DNA from: Nemertoderma westbladi | Taxonomy: Eukaryota > Animalia > Xenacoelomorpha | Length of the DNA: 64,000 nucleotides | Assembly: GCA_032718475.1 (NCBI GenBank) | Contig: JAUCBJ010008884.1 | Location: 32,670-96,669, forward strand | Reading direction: 5' to 3' | Shown here: positions 34,401 through 49,400 of the stretch, piece by piece | Layout: every line of letters starts with the position of its first letter | Numbering within the stretch: the stretch's first letter is position 1 | Notes under the pieces: model-generated | Seen by the model: the letters and a program-made list of their open reading frames with translations, nothing else | Database searches by the model: none | What the model was told of the DNA's origin: nothing | Translations under genes and position numbers: made by a program

Positions 34401-37400
34401 AGAACTATATAAAATTATTGAGATAGTGGGTCAGTAGATAGGAGTCTAGAACTAAATAAAGTTATTGAGATAGTGGTTCAGTAGATCGGAGTCTAGAAGT
34501 ATATAAAGTTATTGAGATAGTGGGTCAGTAGATAGGAGTCTAGAACTATAAAGTTATTGAGATAGTGGGCCAGTAGATAGGAGTCTAGAACTATAAAGTT
34601 ATTGAGATAGTGGGTCAGTAGATAGGAGTCTAGAACTATATAAAGTGATTGAGATAGTGGGCCAGTAGATAGGAGTCTAGAACTATAAAGTTATTGAGAT
34701 AGTGGGTCAGTAGATAGGAGTCTAGAACTATATAAAGTTATTGAGATAGTGGGCCAGTAGATAGGAGTCTAGAACTATAAACTTATTGAGATAGTGGGTC
34801 AGTAGATAGGAGTCTAGAACTATAAAGTTATTGAGATAGTGGGTCAGTAGATAGGAATCTAGAACTATAAAGTTATTGAGATAGTGGGTTAGTAGATAGG
34901 AGTCTAGAACTATAAAGTTATTGAGATAGTGGGTCAGTAGATAGGAGTCTAGAACTATAAAGTGATTGAGATAGTGGGCCAGTAGATAGGAGTCTAGAAC
35001 TATAAAGTTATTGAGATAGTCTAGAACTATAAACTTATTGAGATAGTGGGTCAGTAGATAGGAATCTAGAACTATAAAGTTATTGAGATAGTGGGTCAGT
35101 AGATAGGAGTCTAGAACTATAAAGTTATTGAGATAGTGGGTTAGTAGATAGGAGTCTAGAACTATAAAGTTATTGAGATAGTGGGTCAGTAGATAGGAGT
35201 CTAGAACTATAAAGTGATTGAGATAGTGGGCCAGTAGATAGGAGTCTAGAACTATAAAGTTATTGAGATAGTGGGTCAGTAGATAGGAGTCTAGAACTAT
35301 AAAGTTATTGAGATAGTGGGTCAGTAGATAGGAGTCTAGAACTATAAAGTTATTGAGATAGTGGGTCAGTAGATAGGAGTCTAGAAATATAAAGTGATTG
35401 AGATAGTGGGCCAGTATATAGGAGTCTAGAACTATAAAGTTATTGAGATAGTGGGTCAGTAGATAGGAGTCTAGAACTATAAAGTTATTGAGATAGTGGG
35501 TCAGTAGATAGGAGTCTAGAACTATAAAGTTATTGAGATAGTGGGTCAGTAGATAGGAGTCTAGAACTATAAAGTTATTGAGATAGTGGGTCAGGAGATA
35601 GGAATCTAGAACTATAAAGTTATTGAGATAGTGGGTCAGTAGATAGGAGTCTAGAACTATATGAAGTTATTGAGATAGTGGGTCAGTAGATAGGAGTCTA
35701 GAACTATAAAGTTATTGAGATAGTGGGTCAGTAGATAGGAGTCTAGAACTATAAAGTTATTGAGATAGTGGGTCAGTAGATAGGAGTCTAGAACTATAAA
35801 GTTATTGAGATAGTGGGTCAGTAGATAGGAGTCTAGAACTATAAAGTTATTGAGATAGTGGGTCAGGAGATAGGAGTCTAGAACTATAAAGTTATTGAGA
35901 TAGTGGGTCAGTAGATAGGAGTCTAGAACTATATGAAGTTATTGAGATAGTGGGTCAGTAGATAGGAGTCTAGAACTATAAAGTTATTGAGATAGTGGGC
36001 CAGTAGATAGGAGTCTAGAACTATATAAAGTTATTGAGATAGTGGGCCAGTAGATAGGAGTCTAGAACTATAAACTTATTGAGATAGTGGATCAGTAGAT
36101 AGGAGTCTAGAACTATAAAGTTATTGAGATAGTGGGTCAGTAGATAGGAGTCTAGAACTATAAATTTATTGAGATAGTGGGTCAGTAGATAGGAGTCTAG
36201 AACTATAAAGTTATTGAGATAGTGGGTCAGTAGATAGCAGTCTAGAACTATAAAGTTATTGAGATAGTGGGTCAGTAGATAGGAGTTTAGAACTATATAA
36301 AGTTATTGAGATAGTGGGCCAGTAGATAGGAGTCTAGAACTATAAAGTTATTGAGATAATGGGTCAGTAGATAGGAGTCTAGAACTATAAAGTGATTGAG
36401 ATAGTGGGTCAGTAGATAGGAGTCTAGAACTATAAAGTTATTGAGATAGTGGGTCAGTAGATAGGAGTCTAGAACTATATAAATTTATTGAGATAGTGGG
36501 CCAGTAGATAGGAGTCTAGAACTATAAAGTGATTGAGATAGTGGGTCAGTAGATAGGAGTCTAGAACTATAAAGTTATTGAGATAATGGGTCAGTAGATA
36601 GGAGTCTAGAACTATATAAAGTTATTGAGATAGTGGGCCAGTAGATAGGAGTCTAGAACTATAAAGTTATTGAGATAGTGGGCCAGTACATAGGAGTCTA
36701 GAACTATAAAGTTATTGAGATAGTGGGTCAGTAGATAGGAGTCTAGAACTATAAAGTTATTGAGATAGTGGGTCAGTAGATAGGAGTCTAGAACTATAAA
36801 GTTATTGAGATAGTGGGTCAGTAGATAGGAGTCTAGAACTATAAAGTTATTGAGATAGTGGGTCAGTAGATAAGAGTCTAGAACTATAAAGTTATTGAGA
36901 TAGTGGGCCAGTAGATAGGAGTCTAAAACTATATAAAGTTATTGAGATAGTGGACCAGTAGATAGGAGTCTAGAACTATAAAGTTATTGAGATAGTGGGA
37001 CAGTAGATAGGAGTCTAGAACTATAAAGTTATTAAGATAGTGGGTCAGTAGATATGAGTCTAGAACTATAAAGTTATTGAGATAGTGGGTCAGTAGATAG
37101 GAGTCTAGAACTATAAAGTTATTGAGATAGTGGGTCAGTAGATAGGAGTCTAGAACTATAAGAACTATAAAGTTATTGAGATAGTGGGTCAGTAGATAGG
37201 AGTTTAGAACTATAAAGTTATTGAGATAGTGGGTCAGTAGATAGGAGTCTAGAACTATAAAGTTATTGAGATAGTGGGTCAGTAGATAGGAGTCTAGAAC
37301 TATAAAGTGATTGAGATAGTGTGCCAGTAGATAGGAGTCTAGAACTATAAAGTTATTGAGATAGTGGGTCAGTAGATAGGAGTCTAGAACTATAAAGTTA

Positions 37401-40400
37401 TTGAGATAGTGGGTCAGTAGATAGGAGTCTAGAACTATATAAAGTTATTGAGATAGTGGGCCAGTAGATAGGAGTCTAGAACTATATAAAGTTATTGAGA
37501 TAGTGGGCCAGTAGATAGGAGTCTAGAACTATAAAGTTATTGAGATAGTGGGTCAGTAGATAGGAGTCTAGAACTATAAAGTTATTGAGATAGTGGGCCA
37601 GTAGATAGGAGTCTAGAACTATAAAGTTATTGAGATAATGGGTCAGTAGATAGGAGTCTAGAACTATAAAGTTATTGAGATTGGGCGTCATTAGATAGGA
37701 GTCTAGAACTATAAAGTTATTGAGATAGTGGGTCAGTAGATAGGAGTCTAGAAATATATAAAGTTATTGAGATAGTGGGCCAGTACATAGGAGTCTAGAA
37801 CTATAAAGTTATTGAGATAGTGGGTCAGTAGATAGGAGTCTAGAACTATAAAGTTATTGAGATAGTGGGTCAGTAGATAGGAGTCTAGAACTAAAAAGTT
37901 ATTGAGATAGTGGGTCAGTAGATAGGAGTCTAGAACTATAAAGTTATTGAGATAGTGGGTCAGTAGATAAGAGTCTAGAACTATAAAGTTATTGAGATAG
38001 TGGGCCAGTAGATAGGAGTCTAAAACTATGTAAAATTATTGAGATAGTGGGTCAGTAGATAGGAGTCTAGAACTATAAAGTTATTGAGATAGTGGATCAG
38101 TAGATAGGAGTCTAGAACTATAAAGTTATTGAGATAGTGGGTCAGTAGATAGGCGTCTATAACTATAAAGTTATTGAGATAGTGGGTCAGTAGATAGGAG
38201 TCTAGAACTATAAAGTTATTGAGATAGTGGGTCAGTAGATAGGAGTCTAGAACTATAAAGTGATTGAGATAGTGTGCCAGTAGATAGGAGTCTAGAACTA
38301 TAAAGTTATTGAGATAGTGGGTCAGTAGATAGGAGTCTAGAACTATAAAGTTATTGAGATAGTGGGTCAGTAGATAGGAGTCTAGAACTATAAAGTTATT
38401 GAGATAGTGGGTCAGTAGATAGGAGTCTAGAACTATAAGAACTATAAAGTTATTGAGATAGTGGGTCAGTAGATAGGAGTCTAGAACTATAAAGTTATTG
38501 AGATAGTGGGTCAGTAGATAGGAGTCTAGAACTATAAAGTTATTGAGATAGTGGGTCAGTAGATAGGAGTCTAGAACTATAAAGTTATTGAGATAGTGGG
38601 TCAGTAGATAGGAATCTAGAACTATAAAGTTATTGAGATAGTGGGTCAGTAGATAGGAGTCTAGAACTATAAAGTGATTGAGATAGTGGGCCAGTAGATA
38701 GGAGTCTAGAACTATAAAGTTATTGAGATAGTGGGTCAGTAGATAGGAGTCTAGAACTATAAAGTTATTGAGATAGTGGGTCAGTAGATAGGAGTCTAGA
38801 ACTATAAAGTTATTGAGATAGTGGGTCAGTAGATAAGAGTCTAGAACTATAAAGTTATTGAGATAGTGGGCCAGTAGATAGGAGTCTAAAACTATGTAAA
38901 ATTATTGAGATAGTGGACCAGTAGATAGGAGTTTAGAACTATAAAGTGATTGAGATAGTGGGCCAGTAGATAGGAGTCTAGAACTATAAAGTTATTGAGA
39001 TAGTGGGTCAGTAGATAGGAGTCTAGAACTATAAAGTTATTGAGATAGTGGATCAGTAGATAGGAGTCTAGAACTATAAAGTTATTGAGATAGTGGGTCA
39101 GTAGATAGGCGTCTATAACTATAAAGTTATTGAGATAGTGGGTCAGTAGATAGGAGTCTAGAACTATAAAGTTATTGAGATAGTGGGTCAGTAGATAGGA
39201 GTCTAGAACTATAAAGTGATTGAGATAGTGTGCCAGTAGATAGGAGTCTAGAACTATAAAGTTATTGAGATAGTGGGTCAGTAGATAGGAGTCTAGAACT
39301 ATAAAGTTATTGAGATAGTGGGTCAGTAGATAGGAGTCTAGAACTATAAAGTTATTGAGATAGTGGGTCAGTAGATAGGAGTCTAGAACTATAAGAACTA
39401 TAAAGTTATTGAGATAGTGGGTCAGTAGATAGGAGTCTAGAACTATAAAGTTATTGAGATAGTGGGTCAGTAGATAGGAGTCTAGAACTATAAAGTTATT
39501 GAGATAGTGGGTCAGTAGATAGGAGTCTAGAACTATAAAGTTATTGAGATAGTGGGTCAGTAGATAGGAATCTAGAACTATAAAGTTATTGAGATAGTGG
39601 GTCAGTAGATAGGAGTCTAGAACTATAAAGTGATTGAGATAGTGGGCCAGTAGATAGGAGTCTAGAACTATAAAGTTATTGAGATAGTGGGTCAGTAGAT
39701 AGGAGTCTAGAACTATAAAGTTATTGAGATAGTGGGTCAGTAGATAGGAGTCTAGAACTATAAAGTTATTGAGATAGTGGGTCAGTAGATAGGAGTCTAG
39801 AACTATAAAGTTATTGAGATAGTGGGTCAGGAGATAGGAATCTAGAACTATAAAGTTATTGAGATAGTGGGTCAGTAGATAGGAGTCTAGAACTATATGA
39901 AGTTATTGAGATAGTGGGTCAGTAGATAGGAGTCTAGAACTATAAAGTTATTGAGATAGTGGGTCAGTAGATAGGAGTCTAGAACTATAAAGTTATTGAG
40001 ATAGTGGGTCAGTAGATAGGAGTCTAGAACTATAAAGTTATTGAGATAGTGGGTCAGTAGATAGGAGTCTAGAACTATAAAGTTATTGAGATAGTGGGTC
40101 AGGAGATAGGAGTCTAGAACTATAAAGTTATTGAGATAGTGGGTCAGTAGATAGGAGTCTAGAACTATATGAAGTTATTGAGATAGTGGGTCAGTAGATA
40201 GGAGTCTAGAACTATAAAGTTATTGAGATAGTGGGCCAGTAGATAGGAGTCTAGAACTATATAAAGTTATTGAGATAGTGGGCCAGTAGATAGGAGTCTA
40301 GAACTATAAACTTATTGAGATAGTGGATCAGTAGATAGGAGTCTAGAACTATAAAGTTATTGAGATAGTGGGTCAGTAGATAGGAGTCTAGAACTATAAA

Positions 40401-43400
40401 TTTATTGAGATAGTGGGTCAGTAGATAGGAGTCTAGAACTATAAAGTTATTGAGATAGTGGGTCAGTAGATAGCAGTCTAGAACTATAAAGTTATTGAGA
40501 TAGTGGGTCAGTAGATAGGAGTTTAGAACTATATAAAGTTATTGAGATAGTGGGCCAGTAGATAGGAGTCTAGAACTATAAAGTTATTGAGATAATGGGT
40601 CAGTAGATAGGAGTCTAGAACTATAAAGTGATTGAGATAGTGGGTCAGTAGATAGGAGTCTAGAACTATAAAGTTATTGAGATAGTGGGTCAGTAGATAG
40701 GAGTCTAGAACTATATAAATTTATTGAGATAGTGGGCCAGTAGATAGGAGTCTAGAACTATAAAGTGATTGAGATAGTGGGTCAGTAGATAGGAGTCTAG
40801 AACTATAAAGTTATTGAGATAATGGGTCAGTAGATAGGAGTCTAGAACTATATAAAGTTATTGAGATAGTGGGCCAGTAGATAGGAGTCTAGAACTATAA
40901 AGTTATTGAGATAGTGGGCCAGTACATAGGAGTCTAGAACTGTAAAGTTATTGAGATAGTGGGTCAGTAGATAGGAGTCTAGAACTATAAAGTTATTGAG
41001 ATAGTGGGTCAGTAGATAGGAGTCTAGAACTATAAAGTTATTGAGATAGTGGGTCAGTAGATAGGAGTCTAGAACTATAAAGTTATTGAGATAGTGGGTC
41101 AGTAGATAAGAGTCTAGAACTATAAAGTTATTGAGATAGTGGGCCAGTAGATAGGAGTCTAAAACTATATAAAGTTATTGAGATAGTGGACCAGTAGATA
41201 GGAGTCTAGAACTATAAAGTTATTGAGATAGTGGGACAGTAGATAGGAGTCTAGAACTATAAAGTTATTAAGATAGTGGGTCAGTAGATATGAGTCTAGA
41301 ACTATAAAGTTATTGAGATAGTGGGTCAGTAGATAGGAGTCTAGAACTATAAAGTTATTGAGATAGTGGGTCAGTAGATAGGAGTCTAGAACTATAAGAA
41401 CTATAAAGTTATTGAGATAGTGGGTCAGTAGATAGGAGTTTAGAACTATAAAGTTATTGAGATAGTGGGTCAGTAGATAGGAGTCTAGAACTATAAAGTT
41501 ATTGAGATAGTGGGTCAGTAGATAGGAGTCTAGAACTATAAAGTTATTGAGATAGTGGGTCAGTAGATAGGAGTCTAGAACTATAAAGTTATTGAGATAG
41601 TGGATCAGTAGATAGGAGTCTAGAACTATAAAGTTATTGAGATAGTGGGTCAGTAGATAGGCGTCTATAACTATAAAGTTATTGAGATAGTGGGTCAGTA
41701 GATAGGAGTCTAGAACTATAAAGTTATTGAGATAGTGGGTCAGTAGATAGGAGTCTAGAACTATAAAGTGATTGAGATAGTGTGCCAGTAGATAGGAGTC
41801 TAGAACTATAAAGTTATTGAGATAGTGGGTCAGTAGATAGGAGTCTAGAACTATAAAGTTATTGAGATAGTGGGTCAGTAGATAGGAGTCTAGAACTATA
41901 AAGTTATTGAGATAGTGGGTCAGTAGATAGGAGTCTAGAACTATAAGAACTATAAAGTTATTGAGATAGTGGGTCAGTAGATAGGAGTCTAGAACTATAA
42001 AGTTATTGAGATAGTGGGTCAGTAGATAGGAGTCTAGAACTATAAAGTTATTGAGATAGTGGGTCAGTAGATAGGAGTCTAGAACTATAAAGTTATTGAG
42101 ATAGTGGGTCAGTAGATAGGAATCTAGAACTATAAAGTTATTGAGATAGTGGGTCAGTAGATAGGAGTCTAGAACTATAAAGTGATTGAGATAGTGGGCC
42201 AGTAGATAGGAGTCTAGAACTATAAAGTTATTGAGATAGTGGGTCAGTAGATAGGAGTCTAGAACTATAAAGTTATTGAGATAGTGGGTCAGTAGATAGG
42301 AGTCTAGAACTATAAAGTTATTGAGATAGTGGGTCAGTAGATAGGAGTCTAGAACTATAAAGTTATTGAGATAGTGGGTCAGGAGATAGGAATCTAGAAC
42401 TATAAAGTTATTGAGATAGTGGGTCAGTAGATAGGAGTCTAGAACTATATGAAGTTATTGAGATAGTGGGTCAGTAGATAGGAGTCTAGAACTATAAAGT
42501 TATTGAGATAGTGGGTCAGTAGATAGGAGTCTAGAACTATAAAGTTATTGAGATAGTGGGTCAGTAGATAGGAGTCTAGAACTATAAAGTTATTGAGATA
42601 GTGGGTCAGTAGATAGGAGTCTAGAACTATAAAGTTATTGAGATAGTGGGTCAGGAGATAGGAGTCTAGAACTATAAAGTTATTGAGATAGTGGGTCAGT
42701 AGATAGGAGTCTAGAACTATATGAAGTTATTGAGATAGTGGGTCAGTAGATAGGAGTCTAGAACTATAAAGTTATTGAGATAGTGGGCCAGTAGATAGGA
42801 GTCTAGAACTATATAAAGTTATTGAGATAGTGGGCCAGTAGATAGGAGTCTAGAACTATAAACTTATTGAGATAGTGGATCAGTAGATAGGAGTCTAGAA
42901 CTATAAAGTTATTGAGATAGTGGGTCAGTAGATAGGAGTCTAGAACTATAAATTTATTGAGATAGTGGGTCAGTAGATAGGAGTCTAGAACTATAAAGTT
43001 ATTGAGATAGTGGGTCAGTAGATAGCAGTCTAGAACTATAAAGTTATTGAGATAGTGGGTCAGTAGATAGGAGTTTAGAACTATATAAAGTTATTGAGAT
43101 AGTGGGCCAGTAGATAGGAGTCTAGAACTATAAAGTTATTGAGATAATGGGTCAGTAGATAGGAGTCTAGAACTATAAAGTGATTGAGATAGTGGGTCAG
43201 TAGATAGGAGTCTAGAACTATAAAGTTATTGAGATAGTGGGTCAGTAGATAGGAGTCTAGAACTATATAAATTTATTGAGATAGTGGGCCAGTAGATAGG
43301 AGTCTAGAACTATAAAGTGATTGAGATAGTGGGTCAGTAGATAGGAGTCTAGAACTATAAAGTTATTGAGATAATGGGTCAGTAGATAGGAGTCTTGAAC

Positions 43401-46400
43401 TATATAAAGTTATTGAGATAGTGGGCCAGTAGATAGGAGTCTAGAACTATAAAGTTATTGAGATAGTGGGCCAGTACATAGGAGTCTAGAACTATAAAGT
43501 TATTGAGATAGTGGGTCAGTAGATAGGAGTCTAGAACTATAAAGTTATTGAGATAGTGGGTCAGTAGATAGGAGTCTAGAACTATAAAGTTATTGAGATA
43601 GTGGGTCAGTAGATAGGAGTCTAGAACTATAAAGTTATTGAGATAGTGGGTCAGTAGATAAGAGTCTAGAACTATAAAGTTATTGAGATAGTGGGCCAGT
43701 AGATAGGAGTCTAAAACTATATAAAGTTATTGAGATAGTGGACCAGTAGATAGGAGTCTAGAACTATAAAGTTATTGAGATAGTGGGACAGTAGATAGGA
43801 GTCTAGAACTATAAAGTTATTAAGATAGTGGGTCAGTAGATATGAGTCTAGAACTATAAAGTTATTGAGATAGTGGGTCAGTAGATAGGAGTCTAGAACT
43901 ATAAAGTTATTGAGATAGTGGGTCAGTAGATAGGAGTCTAGAACTATAAGAACTATAAAGTTATTGAGATAGTGGGTCAGTAGATAGGAGTTTAGAACTA
44001 TAAAGTTATTGAGATAGTGGGTCAGTAGATAGGAGTCTAGAACTATAAAGTTATTGAGATAGTGGGTCAGTAGATAGGAGTCTAGAACTATAAAGTGATT
44101 GAGATAGTGTGCCAGTAGATAGGAGTCTAGAACTATAAAGTTATTGAGATAGTGGGTCAGTAGATAGGAGTCTAGAACTATAAAGTTATTGAGATAGTGG
44201 GTCAGTAGATAGGAGTCTAGAACTATATAAAGTTATTGAGATAGTGGGCCAGTAGATAGGAGTCTAGAACTATATAAAGTTATTGAGATAGTGGGCCAGT
44301 AGATAGGAGTCTAGAACTATAAAGTTATTGAGATAGTGGGTCAGTAGATAGGAGTCTAGAACTATAAAGTTATTGAGATAGTGGGCCAGTAGATAGGAGT
44401 CTAGAACTATAAAGTTATTGAGATAATGGGTCAGTAGATAGGAGTCTAGAACTATAAAGTTATTGAGATTGGGCGTCATTAGATAGGAGTCTAGAACTAT
44501 AAAGTTATTGAGATAGTGGGTCAGTAGATAGGAGTCTAGAAATATATAAAGTTATTGAGATAGTGGGCCAGTACATAGGAGTCTAGAACTATAAAGTTAT
44601 TGAGATAGTGGGTCAGTAGATAGGAGTCTAGAACTATAAAGTTATTGAGATAGTGGGTCAGTAGATAGGAGTCTAGAACTAAAAAGTTATTGAGATAGTG
44701 GGTCAGTAGATAGGAGTCTAGAACTATAAAGTTATTGAGATAGTGGGTCAGTAGATAAGAGTCTAGAACTATAAAGTTATTGAGATAGTGGGCCAGTAGA
44801 TAGGAGTCTAAAACTATGTAAAATTATTGAGATAGTGGGTCAGTAGATAGGAGTCTAGAACTATAAAGTTATTGAGATAGTGGATCAGTAGATAGGAGTC
44901 TAGAACTATAAAGTTATTGAGATAGTGGGTCAGTAGATAGGCGTCTATAACTATAAAGTTATTGAGATAGTGGGTCAGTAGATAGGAGTCTAGAACTATA
45001 AAGTTATTGAGATAGTGGGTCAGTAGATAGGAGTCTAGAACTATAAAGTGATTGAGATAGTGTGCCAGTAGATAGGAGTCTAGAACTATAAAGTTATTGA
45101 GATAGTGGGTCAGTAGATAGGAGTCTAGAACTATAAAGTTATTGAGATAGTGGGTCAGTAGATAGGAGTCTAGAACTATAAAGTTATTGAGATAGTGGGT
45201 CAGTAGATAGGAGTCTAGAACTATAAGAACTATAAAGTTATTGAGATAGTGGGTCAGTAGATAGGAGTCTAGAACTATAAAGTTATTGAGATAGTGGGTC
45301 AGTAGATAGGAGTCTAGAACTATAAAGTTATTGAGATAGTGGGTCAGTAGATAGGAGTCTAGAACTATAAAGTTATTGAGATAGTGGGTCAGTAGATAGG
45401 AATCTAGAACTATAAAGTTATTGAGATAGTGGGTCAGTAGATAGGAGTCTAGAACTATAAAGTGATTGAGATAGTGGGCCAGTAGATAGGAGTCTAGAAC
45501 TATAAAGTTATTGAGATAGTGGGTCAGTAGATAGGAGTCTAGAACTATAAAGTTATTGAGATAGTGGGTCAGTAGATAGGAGTCTAGAACTATAAAGTTA
45601 TTGAGATAGTGGGTCAGTAGATAAGAGTCTAGAACTATAAAGTTATTGAGATAGTGGGCCAGTAGATAGGAGTCTAAAACTATGTAAAATTATTGAGATA
45701 GTGGACCAGTAGATAGGAGTTTAGAACTATAAAGTGATTGAGATAGTGGGCCAGTAGATAGGAGTCTAGAACTATAAAGTTATTGAGATAGTGGGTCAGT
45801 AGATAGGAGTCTAGAACTATAAAGTTATTGAGATAGTGGATCAGTAGATAGGAGTCTAGAACTATAAAGTTATTGAGATAGTGGGTCAGTAGATAGGCGT
45901 CTATAACTATAAAGTTATTGAGATAGTGGGTCAGTAGATAGGAGTCTAGAACTATAAAGTTATTGAGATAGTGGGTCAGTAGATAGGAGTCTAGAACTAT
46001 AAAGTGATTGAGATAGTGTGCCAGTAGATAGGAGTCTAGAACTATAAAGTTATTGAGATAGTGGGTCAGTAGATAGGAGTCTAGAACTATAAAGTTATTG
46101 AGATAGTGGGTCAGTAGATAGGAGTCTAGAACTATAAAGTTATTGAGATAGTGGGTCAGTAGATAGGAGTCTAGAACTATAAGAACTATAAAGTTATTGA
46201 GATAGTGGGTCAGTAGATAGGAGTCTAGAACTATAAAGTTATTGAGATAGTGGGTCAGTAGATAGGAGTCTAGAACTATAAAGTTATTGAGATAGTGGGT
46301 CAGTAGATAGGAGTCTAGAACTATAAAGTTATTGAGATAGTGGGTCAGTAGATAGGAATCTAGAACTATAAAGTTATTGAGATAGTGGGTCAGTAGATAG

Positions 46401-49400
46401 GAGTCTAGAACTATAAAGTGATTGAGATAGTGGGCCAGTAGATAGGAGTCTAGAACTATAAAGTTATTGAGATAGTGGGTCAGTAGATAGGAGTCTAGAA
46501 CTATAAAGTTATTGAGATAGTGGGTCAGTAGATAGGAGTCTAGAACTATAAAGTGATTGAGATAGTGGGTCAGTAGATAGGAGTCTAGAACTATATCAAG
46601 TTATTGAGATAGTGGGCCAGTAGATAGGAGTCTAGAACTATATAAAGTTATTGAAATAGTGGGCCAGTAGATAGGAGTCTAGAACTATAAACTTATTGAG
46701 ATAGTGGGTCAGTATATAGGAGTCTAGAACTATATAAAGTTATTGAGATAGTGGGCCAGTAGATAGGAGTCTAGAACTATAAACTTATTGTGATAGTGGG
46801 TCAGTAGATAGGAGTCTAGAACTATATAAAGTGATTGAGATAGTGGGTCAGTAGATAGGAGTCTAGAACTATATCAAGTTATTGAGATAGTGGGCCAGTA
46901 GATAGGAGTCTAGAACTATATAAAGTTATTGAAATAGTGGGCCAGTAGATAGGAGTCTAGAACTATAAACTTATTGAGATAGTGGGTCAGTAGATAGGAG
47001 TCTAGAACTATATAAAGTTATTGAGATAGTGGGCCAGTAGATAGGAGTCTAGAACTATAAAGTTATTGAGATAGTGGGTCAGTAGATAGGAGTCTAGAAC
47101 TATAAAGTTATTGAGATAGTGGGTCAGTAGATAGGAGTCTAGAACTATAAAGTGATTGATATAGTGGGTCAGTAGATAGGAGTCTAGAACTATATCCAGT
47201 TATTGAGATAGTGGGCCAGTAGATAGGAGTCTAGAACTATATAAAGTTATTGAAATAGTGGGCCAGTAGATAGGAGTCTAGAACTATAAACTTATTGAGA
47301 TAGTGGGTCAGTAGATAGGAGTCTAGAACTATAAAGTTATTGAGATAGTGGGTCAGTAGATAGGAGTCTAGAACTATAAAGTTATTGAGATAGTGGGTTA
47401 GTAGATAGGAGTCTAGAACTATAAAGTTATTGAGATAGTGGGTCAGTAGATAGGAGTCTAGAACTATAAAGTGATTGAGATAGTGGGCCAGTAGATAGGA
47501 GTCTAGAACTATAAACTTATTGAGATAGTGGGTCAGTAGATAGGAGTCTAGAACTATAAAGTTATTGAGATAGTGGGTCCATAGATAGGAGTCTAGAACT
47601 ATAAATTTATTGAGATAGTGGGTCAGTAGATAGGAGTCTAGAACTATAAAGTTATTGAGATAGTGAGTCAGTAGATAGCAGTCTAGAACTATAAAGTTAT
47701 TGAGATAGTGGGTCAGTAGATAGGAGTTTAGAACTATATAAAGTTATTGAGATAGTGGGCCAGTAGATAGGAGTCTAGAACTATAAAGTTATTGAGATAA
47801 TGGGTCAGTAGATAGGAGTCTAGAACTATAAAGTGATTGAGATAGTGGGTCAGTAGATAGGAGTCTAGAACTATAAAGTTATTGAGATAGTGGGTCAGTA
47901 GATAGGAGTCTAGAACTATATAAATTTATTGAGATAGTGGGCCAGTAGATAGGAGTCTAGAACTATAAAGTTATTGAGATAGTGGGCCAGTAGATATAAG
48001 TCTAGAACTATAAAGTTATTGAGATAGTGGGCCAGTAGATAGGAGTCTAGAACTATAAAGTGATTGAGATAGTGGGTCAGTAGATAGGAGTCTAGAACTA
48101 TAAAGTTATTGAGATAATGGGTCAGTAGATAGGAGTCTAGAACTATATAAAGTTATTGAGATAGTGGGCCAGTAGATAGGAGTCTAGAACCATAAAGTTA
48201 TTGAGATAGTGGGCCAGTACATAGGAGTCTAGAACTATAAAGTTATTGAGATAGTGGGTCAGTAGATAGGAGTCTAGAACTATAAAGTTATTGAGATAGT
48301 GGGTCAGTAGATAGGAGTCTAGAACTATAAAGTTATTGAGATAGTGGGTCAGTAGATAGGAGTCTAGTACTATAAAGTTATTGAGATAGTGGGTCAGTAG
48401 ATAGGAGTCTAGAACTATAAAGTTATTGAGATAGTGGGTCAGTAGATAGGAGTCTAGAACTATATAAAGTTATTGAGATAGTGGACCAGTAGATAGGAGT
48501 CTAGAACTATAAAGTTATTGAGATAGTGGGCCATTAGATAGCAGTCTAGAACTATAAAGTTATTAAGAAGGTGGGTCAGTAGATAGGAGTCTAGAACTAT
48601 AAAGTTATTGAGATAGTGGGTCAGTAGATAGGAGTCTAGAACTATAAAGTTATTGAGATAGTGGGTCAGTAGATAGGAGTCTAGAACTATAAGAACTATA
48701 AAGTTATTGAGAAAGTGGGTCAGTAGATAGGAGTTTAGAACTATAAAGTTATTGAGATAGTGGGTCAGTAGATAAGAGTCTAGAACTATAAAGTTATTGA
48801 GATAGTGGGTCAGTAGATAGGAGTCTAGAACTATAAAGTGATTGAGATAGTGTGCCAGTAGATAGGAGTCTAGAACTATAAAGTTATTGAGATAGTGGGT
48901 CAGTAGATAGGAGTCTAGAACTATAAAGTTATTGAGATAGTGGGTCAGTACATAGGAGTCTAGAACTATAAAGTTATTGAGATAGTGGGTCAGTAGATAG
49001 GAGTCTAGAACTATAAAGTTATTGAGATAGTGGGTCAGTAGATAGGAGTCTAGAACGATAAAGTTATTGAGATAGTGGGTCAGTAGATAAGAGTCTAGAA
49101 CTATAAAGTTATTGAGATAGTGGGCCAGTAGATAGGAGTCTAAAACTATATAAAGTTATTGAGATAGTGGACCAGTAGATAGGAGTCTAGAACTATAAAC
49201 TTATTGAGATAGTGGGTCAGTAGATAGGAGTCTAGAACTATAAAGTTATTGAGATAGTGGGTCAGTAGATAGGAGTCTAGAACTATAAACTTATTGAGAT
49301 AGTGGGTCAGTAGATAGGAGTCTAGAACTATAAAGTTATTGAGATAGTGGGTCCGTAGATAGGAGTCTAGAACTATAAATTTATTGAGATAGTGGGTCAG